Assembly (NCBI GenBank): GCA_965637545.1
Contig: OZ281494.1
Location: forward strand, 4,650,001-4,714,000
Direction: 5' to 3'
Origin: Phallusia mammillata
Taxonomy: Eukaryota
DNA length: 64,000 bases
Of the stretch, positions 35,701-47,700 are shown piece by piece (position 1 is the first letter of the stretch; the number at the start of each line of letters is the position of its first letter). The notes under the pieces were generated by a model. It did no database searches. It was not told the DNA's origin and saw only the letters and a list, made by a program, of their open reading frames with translations. A program made the translations under genes and the position numbers.

Positions 35701-38700
35701 CCGAAGCAAAGCATAAAATAGTCTGATTGGTTTCTTGACCTTTTAAGAAAGCATAAAAATGTTGGGCCTAATTAACAGCATAGGTATTTAATAAGGCCCC
35801 AGTTTTTAATTTTTTTAAACTGCCATATTACAAAAACAAAACTTGCAAACGCCCTTAAAGTCTGATGGATGATTACAATTGACCGCTACAACCATCATGC
35901 CAAATTTGGCCTGAAACTCTTAAATGGTTTGTCAGTTATGCCCAATAGTTTTTTAAGGGGCCTTGTTAGCTGCAGGTACCTTATAAGACGAAATCAGTGT
36001 TAAAAGATATACTAAAGATACATATTACTAAAGACAAAATATGAGTACATCTAAAACAAAACGGTGTACAAATTTAGACATTTAAATCTATCTGTTTTGA
36101 AAAAACATTTTTGAAAAAAAATTTTTTTTTTATCTTTTAGTTGAAACGTCACAATTCACCTGTTCCAATTTAAGTTCCGCTCCATTGAACTTTGGTGAAT
36201 CGATTTTCAGCCACGCTGGTGTCATGATCACGTGACTTTCGCTGTGTGACGCCCCCAAGCGGACGTAAGCGTTGCCGATGTCATCGAGCGCCCAAACACT
36301 CTGCGAACCACAGCTCACGTGCACCATCTTGCGGTCGCCTTAAATTTATATTTAAGTGATTAAATTATTATTTGGAGATTTGAATTATTTTTGCAGGTAA
36401 TAAGCTTAAATTATCGTTTTAAAATTAAACTCTTATTCCATTACAGTTACGTTGGTTGAAATATGTATTTGTTTACAAAATAATTTTGATTGGAATGAGA
36501 TTAAATAACTCGTAGTCAAACCTAAATAAACATGAATTCAGTTTCAAAGCTACTGTAAAGTAGAGGAAAATATTTTTTAAGTCGGCAAATTTCATTTATT
36601 GCAATTTGACCTTTCTCTTCTAAACATGTTAAAATTATTTAAAATTCAGTTCCACTTATTTCAATGCAAAAAAATAAACGCTTCTAAAACTCATTTCATT
36701 CATACGAAAAGTACAGCTTTAGTGTTCTAGAATATTCTGGTTCACGTTTGGCTTTGTCTTACCTAACTGTGCGCTGACGTCAAGTCGGTTCCAAGCGATT
36801 CCTATCGGATTCGAACCGGATACTCCGGATCTTACATAGATTTCTCCCGACGACAAAATCATCCACAATGCTTCACGCGAGGCGGAGAAACACGTCACTT
36901 CTGATGACGTAACAGTTGGTGGTTCGAGAGATATTGCGCGCTGTGGATGAGTGCTGTGTTGTGAGATAAATCGGATGACCTCTCCGTTGCCACGTGCTAG
37001 CCATACGACACCTAGTGGAAAAAGTAGACAGGTTTTTAATCACCATGTTACAAAATCGGAACTATGTTGAAAAAACAAAAAAAATATAATTAACAAACAT
37101 ATTGCAGTAAATAAATTATATTTTTAGTTTAAAGTGAGCTTTAGTTATGTCAAGCTTGTAGACGTTAAACAATAAGTAAAAAAAGAAAAAAGTTTCAAAA
37201 CGGTATAGGCAGCAAAAACGTATAGGCCGGAATAATTTTGAGACAAACTTCAAATATAGCGACTGAACAAAATTGCTGCCAAAATGGCGAGGTCAGGATT
37301 TAAATGTCGATGAAAAAAAACAGACATAATTTAGTAACTTTACCCTCCCATCCTCCGTCAGGTGAAAAAATCGAAGAAGATGTGATGTGGCTCCATCTAG
37401 TGGAAGGTGAAATGCCGGTAATCTTGGGAACTTCCCAAGCATTTCCTGTCAACAAAAATGTAATGTTATTCATCACTGAATACTGTTACGAAATGTTCCC
37501 CATAATATTCTCAATAGTCATGCCATACACGTAAGCTTCCTTAGTACAGGGGTCCGCAAATAGTGGGTCTTTGGGTCGCGAGACCTTCCAGTCTGGGTCG
37601 CGAATAACTTTTACATTGTTACGTATATGTGACTATATAACTGTTACATACAGTCTATGTAACAATGTAATAAATTAAGCGCACCTGTGCAAGCTTGCGG
37701 TTCTCGTTTGTTAGAATAAATACGTTCGTTTACCTACTGTTTTATGTGAAAATATCAACTGACAATAGCATAATACTAATCTTAATATTGACATTTAGTT
37801 GTTTGGTATTTTCCACAAACCTACATGCCAACAAGATGTTCGGGTCGCGAGAATTTAGAGCAATTTTTTTAGGGTCGCGTCAAAAAGTATTTGCGGCCTT
37901 AGTAAACTGAGAGCAGAATTACATATGCATGCTGTGGCCGCACATCAGTTAATGAGCAACATAAAATTTTTGATGCACTGAGAATATATGCGAGTAGTGG
38001 GTATTTGCAACAGCTTGTAGATTGTTGCTGTACTACTCTGCACACATTTTGGAATAGAGCAAACCACGCGCATGCTTAAAGCAACACTTCCAACTACAAC
38101 GTACACGTACCTGTTACTGGTCCTTTTGCGACATGAATTTTATTGTTAACCGATGCAAACCACACAGCACCCATGCTTACACCGACACAACGAGCGTTCG
38201 ATGTCCCATAAACCCATTCACTCATCTGTATAAAAAACATAGAAGTTTTGGTTAATGTGTTACGCTAAATCAGACCTGGGCATTTTACGGCCCGAGGGCC
38301 ACATCCGGCCCATTGGCTTTCCCTGTCTGGCCCGCGTGAGATTTATGTAACTTAAAACATCAATCCAATATAGGTCTATTTATGCTATGCATGAAATACG
38401 GCAATTTCGCTGTTATTTTAAAAAAGCCATTTGTTATATATATGATTACGTAGTGATGCACGTGCGTAGGCGAACAACGTGTGATGCTGGTTAAAAGCGT
38501 CATAAAACACAAGTTGTTCAACCCATTGTTACGCGATAAAGCCTATAGTACTCTTTTGTGTCAAAATAATACAGCGGAGATGGGAAAAACACATAAATCT
38601 GATTTTACAAACTAGAAAGATCAACCTAATTGAATAAAAACTTTGGGTTTTAACATTTCAGCGTAATATTGCAAGCTAAATTGCTATTTTTCATGTCAAT

Positions 38701-41700
38701 TTGCCCGCTTATTTTTTATGCAAACTATAAATATTTGCATTACAACGCTCAAATGTAGAATAAAGTTTAACCAAATTATGGTTGGTAAGTCAGGTTTCTT
38801 ATGTGGCCCCTTAAAAATTAATTGCCCACCCCTGCGCTAAATAGATCCTCTCACCATTCGCATTGTTTGTTGCGCCACTGAATCTTTTGGTTTCTGCAGA
38901 TATTCGTTTAAATACATCTGATGGAAACAAAACAGATTTGAATTAGATTTGAATTTGCTATGCTAGCAGGTAAGGCTTTATATAACGTGCTGTAACAGAA
39001 TCCCAGCGACAAATAAAAACTTGAAAGTCACAAAAAAGAGTAAACCTAAAAATACTAAAACAGCTGCAAAATTCAGAAATCGAAAAGAACGTTTCTAAAA
39101 AGGTGTAGTATCATTAGCAGCACCGGGGTAGTATGATATCTAGATGCTAAACAATACAAAAGAATTAAAAACTAGAATAGTGGTTTTCCTATATATTGCC
39201 GGGTTATATATACTACATCATATTTAATGATGTATCACATATTCCATTTACTATATTCATAATGGATATATATTTGGCACCTACATTTCATTGGGTCCCT
39301 ATCTTTTTCCTGGCACTTTATAACCTAATTGTTTCTGCAAGCATAATCTAATGGGTCCCCACACATATGCATATGCGATTTGGTAACAGTAAAAATAGGA
39401 CACAATCACTGTTAGATATTTACCAATTTACTATACACATCATTTGATCTACACACATGATTGTTTTTGCAAGCAAAAACGAATGGGTCCCCACACGCGC
39501 GTTTGTGCGGATTTATGGTAAACAAACATCCTGGTTATTTTTAGATTCTTAAGGACAAGCTTAACCAACTTTAGCCTTAACCCAAAAGGTTTTGTCCGTA
39601 TTGTTTTTGCATCATTATTGTCATATAATTACAAAAAAACAGTAAATAGGAACAGGAAAAATACTTTTAATTTATTCTCATGCTTTGACCTTGATATTGT
39701 CGTTCAAGGTCAGTTTTTAAACACAATTTTCCAAAACTTAAAATGTGCTTGACAACTTAATAAAACGACATAGCATAGCTGCGCAAAAACAGCTGATTTC
39801 TAATCACCGACACGACTGCCTCATAAAACGTCGGTCCGGACGTCAAGCTGAGCACTCCCGCTGCATTCACCCGCCTTAATCGTAAACAAGTGAATTACTC
39901 CCTTGAGAGTTGAGACTTCTATCTGACTGAGAAAATGGTCACGTAACGACTGCGTTCATGCGTGAAGCAGAGGCATTTTTTTCTATGCGCGACTATGGTC
40001 AATCACTCCCATTGCGTCAGCTGTGCACTGAGCGACAGGCAAATACGGTCATGACGTCATACGCATCGCCTGTCCCTGCCGTGACCCCGCAGCGTTAACG
40101 TTTACAGCGCAATATCACTAACACCGTATCATCTTAATTCCAACCAATGAGAAAATGGTCAAGTGACGACTGCGTTCATGCGTGAAGCAGAGGCATTTTT
40201 TCCATGTGCCACTATCGTTAATCACTCCCATTGCGTCAGCTGTGCACTGAGCGAGCACAAATATGACAGAAGACAGCATGTAAAACCATATATTTACTAT
40301 TGCTGAGCCGATTGCACTGAAATTTTTACCAGCCAACAAGGAGCACCCTATCCACAGCTGTTAAAAATTTCAGCAGTTTAAGTCTTGTATTTCTGGCCTC
40401 CATAACATGTGAACAAACAAACAAATATTTGGGGGTAAAGGGGTGAAAATGGATATATACAACTTCAAGTTACAAAATAGTTTAAAATACGCTGCAATGT
40501 ACCAATCAAAACGTATGTAACTCCAGAAACATCTGCTTTAGCAAGTATAGCCGTTTTAAAAATTTCACGTTTTGGGGGGCTGTGGGTGAACCAAGAGGTC
40601 AAACGGGGTCAAAATTCACATGGACCATCTTTTGACCAATATCTATAATAAGTGTAAATTTGAAAAAGTTTGAACCATTCTTTCTTGACCAAAACGTGGG
40701 AACAAAGCTGCGTTAAAAAATTCACGTTTTGGGGGGCTGTGGGTGAACTGAGGGATCAAATGGGGTCAAAATTCACATGGACCATCTTTAGACCAATATC
40801 TATAATGTGTGTAAATATGAAAAAGTTTGAACCATTCTTTCTTGATCAAAACGTGGGAACAAATCCGCGTTAGAAAGAAAAAAAGAAAAAAGAAAAAAAA
40901 ATATAGACAAAAACAATATGTGTCCCCTTCAGGGAAGGGGACCCATAATAAAAACTGGGATCTGAACTAAAAAAAATGAGCTTAATTATTTCCAGAGCAA
41001 AATGTTAAGACGGCCGGGCATTTCAAATTAGGGCCTGACTTTAAACTGGGCCTTTTTTCTGCTGCACATACACCAACTTTCAGGACTTATTTTTGATTTT
41101 GGGCCATGTTACGGGCTGGTACATCTATAGACTCGGACCCAAAGGTGTCAGGACCTCTAACAACTCCGATCCGGGGATTTGAAGACTTCAACCAGTTACA
41201 TGTCTTTCTACCTGCCACCATTGTTTCCCACAAGGGTTGCCTGCGGACAAACTGGATCTGAACCAAACTTCTCCGACATCGTTAACAGTCCACACCGTGC
41301 TTTGTGAATCGCTTGCAATCAGCTTCAACGTGTGCCCAACTCCGTCAGTTGAAACTGGAGGGTTTACTAAAATCAGTTTAGTTGATCAGTGAGCCGCCGA
41401 AAACAAGGTACAAATTGGAAGAAAAAATATGGACGTAAACAATATGTGTCCTCTTCAAGGGAAGGGACCCAAAATTCTTATAAGTGTTGCCTTAACGCAT
41501 TTTTACCTTTTCACCTATAAAAAAATTACGAAGCACTTTTTGCTTATCATTTTTATATCATTTTGTGTCGAGCATTTATATTTTACAATCGTCTGTAGGA
41601 AGTTTACCTTTAGTCCATGGAGATATTGAGTCAACATCCGCCAATGGTTTGCAGAAAGTCGTTCCATCATGCAGCAACACCCATGCAACATCCGTTGTTA

Positions 41701-44700
41701 GTACAACTTGACTGACCTGAAATTGACACCAAAAGTAAGTACATTCATGTAAATGTATACTGAGAAAAATCCCTGTTTTTGAACAAATAAACCTATTGCA
41801 AGTTCACAACCTACTGCCGTGACTCCTTTGTTGATGTTTGACTTTTGAAACTAGTCTAAATGTAATGATGGTCCATGAAGAAACAGAATTATTTTATCAC
41901 ATACTACAAATAAATGTACGTCCGGATGCAAGTCTTTTAATTTATGCCCATTGGACCTGGATAAATAAGAACAAATAATGTGACGGCGAAACAGTTGCTC
42001 CTACTTTATTTCCCTGGACACCGGCAGATAAATGTCCAAAAGGTGCAAGAGTTTGATACTTTTCTAGTCTTGCCATACTTTGATGGAGCAAATATAATTA
42101 ATACAGTATTTTTAGGGATTCAGAAAAACAAGTGTCCTTTTTCTTGCCCTCACAAAAAGATGTAATTCCCTACGCCATCGTAAACTGATACTTATCGACA
42201 AAACCTTAGTCATCCTCACCTTAACATCTTTAACGATCCGTCCCTCCCTCACAACACGCACAGGGACAGTCGCCCCACCCTGCATACAACACTGCGATCT
42301 GGACAAGCCAACTTGTCGTGTAATTTTCCCGTAGCTGTCCACTAGCCACGCCTCCGACACACCCACTGTGACGTCAGATGCCCCGCTTGAGACAAGCTTC
42401 CAGTTCAATGCAACCTCACATTTACTGGCTGGAGGAATTTTAATTGGCCACTGGGTGGCGTAAACGTTGCCACTTTGCGTCACGATCCAAGCAAAATCAC
42501 CTGTGAAATAGATTGAGTAGGAAAACAAAGATACACTCTATTGCAGGGCTACTCAAATGGCGGCCCGCGGTCCAAATCCGGCCCTTTGGGGCGTTGGATT
42601 TGGACCCCGACGGTCTTTGGATTGCGGCCACATACGCTATATTGTGTGTTAATTTCTTGATCGTTGCTATGTAGCGACAGTTAACTCGAGTCCGCATATC
42701 GATTCTCGGAGTACTGCTATGAGCATGAAGTATTTCCAAACTCCAATAAATTATTAACGAAACGGCGATTGTTTCCGCACAATTGTATCTATAACGCAAT
42801 AACTGAATTTTAAATTACTACCTTAGGGCTTAGGAAGTAATCCTGCAAAACTAGATAAACTGTATTTTGTATGTCGTCGTGCCAAAACTTAATTTATGGT
42901 CAGTGCCCAATTCAAGCTTTTGTTTTGCTGACAGAAACATTTGGCTTGAAGAAATGTGTTAATATTGTACCACTATTTTCCTCATTACCTACAACCAAAG
43001 TTGACTAAGACATGTTGCATTATTTACAGATGTGTCTGGACCTTTGGTATTTTTACCTTTTCTATCTGGACCTTTCACAAAACTAATTGAGTAGCCCTGC
43101 TCTATTGGTTTGTTTCATTTTTTAATCATCTGTTGGCGGGCAACGCCGTAACGGGTTATGCTCACAATGAGTGCTCTTTCGAGCTGCTTTTTATGTTTAT
43201 TTTTTGATTGGGGGTATTTTAATTTAGTTTCACCCATTCGGTTGGAGCAATGTCACTTCAGTTTTCTTGCTTAGGGGAGAACAAATGACCGAGACAGGGT
43301 TTGAAACCACAACCTTGCAAACACAAAGGCAGTTGCGCTTACCACTCTTCCGCCCTGACGAAGGCTAAGTTTCTGTACTACTCATTAATAGTGCTGTTAC
43401 CGATATTACAATGGTCTACAAGCAAAGCAACGATAAAACCCTTTTCCAGCCCTCTCAAATAGAAATAAAAGTACAGTACTAAAAAGGTTTACGGGGTAGC
43501 TGTAACGCGTTTAGCAATTATCCACCAACTGTGCCCTTCACTGTTTTGCACTCCTTAACGTTTCAACGTTGCGCAGCTTTTTCTAGCTTGGTGATTGTTT
43601 TAGTGATGTTGTGTCGCTATGTGTTCTTCCACCAAGCGAAATAAATCAACTTAAACTTAAGTACAGGACCCATGTGCATTAAAGTCTTAATTTACCTGAC
43701 GGAGACACAGAGATTCGAAATGCACGCTTGGATAATTTTCTCCACATTATGTTGTGTACGTCACGGTCCATCGATGATTCTTCCACAACATAAACTCGGT
43801 TTCGAAATGTTGTGTGGCATATAAAGTTTCCAGATGCTGCAAAAACGTTTAATTTTATCAACAAATTTATAAAGCAAGAGAAATTAATTCAAACATTTAT
43901 AAAAGTCACAACAAAATCCCACTAAAACTGGCCAGGTACTTTTGTGGTAAGTGTATAACTACTTGTTTTTTCTTCTTCTTTGAATTGAACTAAACAGTAA
44001 AGTGCTCCTGGTATGACCATTTTGACGTTTTACATTACCTACCTGAAATAGAAGAAACTGTGTACCCCGGTGGGTTCAAAACTTCCCACACATCTGCCAC
44101 CTTGTGTGGAACAAAAACTGAGGTCAGATATTTTGCATGTTGTTTGGCAAGCTGAAAAAGAGCCAATTCCACATTTTTAAATGTAATATAGCTGTATTTA
44201 TTAGTTCATGTTTTTCAAATCTTACAGCAAAGTATTCTGAATCTCTTGTGTTGATTTCAGCATCATCTGTTGGTTGAATAATTTGAGTTTCTGCCCCATC
44301 AGAATCACCCTGAAAATAACTGACATGTTTAACTATAAACTAATAAACATGGTATCAATTAACAACTAAAAATCAACTCAAACATAGTTGTTTTATTCAG
44401 GCGCTACAAACCAACAACAAAAACAGCTACAAAAAAGTAAATCTGTATTTGTGATAATAAAAACACTTATTCTTGGTCAACATTTGGTATTAGCTTTTCT
44501 CTACAACTTTCCATTAAAATACATTTAGTTGAAGAATATCAGTTTTGTTTTGTTTTTATTCAACATCACATACATTGCAACATACCTCTTCATCTGTTTC
44601 ATTTTCACTTTCAAAGTCACAGTTTGCTGGATCAATGTCATAAATATCAGGGGTCTCTGGCTCTTCATGTGCATTCTGTGTGAAAGCTTGTCTTTCTTGA

Positions 44701-47700
44701 AGATCAAGACTTAGAGAGGCTTCCTTTTTGTGTGACATATCAGATGCGGTTTGTTTGTCAAAACATGGGGTTTCCAATTTTGTTTGAGCTTCATCAGAGG
44801 TTTCAAAATTACCATTTTCACTTGCTTTATTATGAGATGTTTCAGAGATATCATTGTCACTTGCTTTATTAGGATTGGTTTCAAAGATATCATTGCCACT
44901 TGCATGAAGACTTATAGGAGTTTTGAAAGGGTTTGGACTAGGTAAAGGAGATTGTTCGTCTTCTCGAAAGACATCAGGGAATGTATCGTTGTGGCAACGC
45001 TGAGGTATGTTTGAATGCAGATCATCTTCTGCATCTTCATTCGCTGTCTGTTGCACTTCAGACAAATGATCATGTGTAATTGTTGGGGAATCTTTGCTAC
45101 CACAAGGAACTATTTCTTTGCTGCCAGAGGTTTCAAGGGTGTGTGGTATGTCATTTAATGGAATTGATATAGTTTCTGGAGAATGTTTTGAGTGAGACTG
45201 GTCTTCACTGGGTTTTGTAGTATGATCTTTGTGGCTTGGCTCACAGGTTTCAACTGGTAACTCTTTGGCTCCTAGAAGTTCTGCTACCTGCTCTTCATGT
45301 CTCTGTCTTGCTTCGTCGTCATGGTGAAGGAAAAATTCATCTAAAGATTCACAAGATCTCTGAAAAACAACAATTAAAAATCAAAATTGCCTCCAACTAA
45401 AAGATTCAAAAAACTCAAAAACATAAATCAAAAGCTAAAAAATGTATGTACAATGTAAGTTAAATAATGTTTTTCAACAAAATTACCAGTTTGTAAAACA
45501 TGAGTTTTGAGAATGGTTTTGTTAACGTTCACTTTCTAATAACTAATTAAAATGTCTATCTTTGTGGTTACTTATAATACAAATCAAGAATATGGAATTA
45601 GTATTAAATTAAATTGACAATTGGAATATTCTAATCCAATTGATGGAACTATGACTTAACAAGACAATGGTTATCTTATCCATTTGCCATGACAGGATAC
45701 CACACTTTTCTGATACAGATTAAACTTATTAATCCAATAATTCAAACCTGATGAGAATGTAGATCACTTGTTGACAAGCTACTGCTGCTGCTGCTGCTGC
45801 TGCTTGTCTTGTTTGTGTCTGTGAAAGTAAAAATAGAGCATAAAAAACAATGGCACAAAGGCATACAGACTTATGTTCAGAATTTCCATGCATTGAAATA
45901 GAAAACGACCAGCAATACCTTTGCTTTTTTTCCTTTTGGGTTTTGACTTTGGACGAAACACAATTTCTTGGGGGTTTTCTTCAGCAGCGATCAAACTAAT
46001 TTCATCAAAGCGACGAATTTTCTGTTCTGTTTCTGGACTTGGTGCAAGCTGGGGTAATTTTATTTCACCCTTCATACAAAAAGTAATCTTGTATTGCTGT
46101 AGTCGTGAAATCTTGGGTCACAATCACTTGATTTAATTAGTTTTTGAAACAAAACCAATATATATTTCTCTTAGACAGTGGTTAAGAATCCTTTTAAAAA
46201 AACGCAAAAAATTACCTAAATGTTTTAAACATAAGGTTTGTTTCATAAATTTTATGAGAAAAAAGCCATTAGTATTAGCATTTCAATAATACTGCAACAA
46301 AGCTATACAATTTTGGGATAAAAAACGCACAATAAAAAACTATAGCAAAGCCAGGTGTGCTCCATATTGTAAACCCTATGCCTACCTGTGAATGTAGTGA
46401 ATCCTGGCATTCCAACTCATCAATGCAATTTAACATTTCCTTCAACAATTCTCTGACGACTAAATATTCGTGAAAATTATTTTGTTCCATATCTCCATCA
46501 GTTTCAGTCTTATCTCCGCTGTTCATATGTGCGATATTGTCAGATTCTTCTTTATTTGGTGACAATGGGCTTTGTTTCAGTTCAATGTCACTTTCTTGTT
46601 TGGGGTTAGAAAACATAAAGTTTTCAGCAATTTCCACAACTGCCATTGATGAGACTTTTTGCTTCAATTCTTTTGCCTAAACAAACAAAGCTTTTGTTGC
46701 AATATAAAGAGTTAAAGTGTAAGGAAGGGCAACAAAACTGTGATGAATATTGCGTTTTCTAGTTTTGTAGTAAATTTTTGTCGGAATAAGTGGAGACAAA
46801 AAATTTTACCATCGACTTCATGTGAACACTACACACAAATTAGTTAAAAATTAAAAATAACTAATGTCGCCTCACAAATCACTGATGATAGCATCAGCAT
46901 TTGCCAAAATGTTTGAATTACAACTTTTTATGTCTTTTCTTCATTAAACTCATGTGTGTTTAATTACAAAATCACTTAAAATATTATGCTAACATGAATA
47001 TATTCATACTGGGATCAGCCCTGAAGCGCCGATGCAGACCTGCAATCACGGCATATTTATCGATAATTCACAGTATGCCAAGGCTATGCCTTTAATAGGC
47101 TTGGCATACTGTGAATCACTTAAAATATGAAGTAGTTTCACCCATTTCCAACTCAATATGCAAAGAGGCTGTAACATATACCTTGCTAGTTAAACTTTCT
47201 GTGCTGACACTAATGTTGCTCATTTTGGATTGCAAAGCTCCAACCAGTGGGGTAAAATTCTTCTTAAATCCAAAGAAAGAATTTTTTACTCCCTTCAAAA
47301 GAAATAAAGTAATTTTTTAAACAATGAAAAAAGCTTAATCTTGAGGCAAATGTACTTTAAAATTGCTTGTTGTGTCTTTTTCTTGTCGAATGTAACTTCC
47401 ACCTGTAAAAAGCTCATGTCAAAAAATGTTTAAATAAAAACACATCGAACCATAAAACCACTAACAATACATATTTTATGAAACAGTCTACAGTTTTTAG
47501 TTGTGTATTCTTCTGTTTAATGAGTAACACATCACATTTACTAACCTTTACTGTCAGGCAGATCAGATAGTCGGTGAAGGATTCGTTTTTTGCATAAAAT
47601 TAAAATCTCATTTTTAGTCACAGCCACATCCATCAACCCACTTAAATTATGCATCACACCAGACACTGTGTTGCTACGTAGATCGATGATGTACAATGAG

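Noticed and set aside
38899-38969. Plus-strand exon-like segment (CTGCAG|...CAG|GTAAG) antisense to TECPR2
   Set aside because: Overlaps a real minus-strand TECPR2 exon, has stops in the likely frames and has no partner exons.
45779-45830. Poly-Q tail predicted by ORF 45779-46075
   Set aside because: Wrong frame. The (AGC)n tract lies in TECPR2 exon 45818-45748 and encodes poly-Ser.
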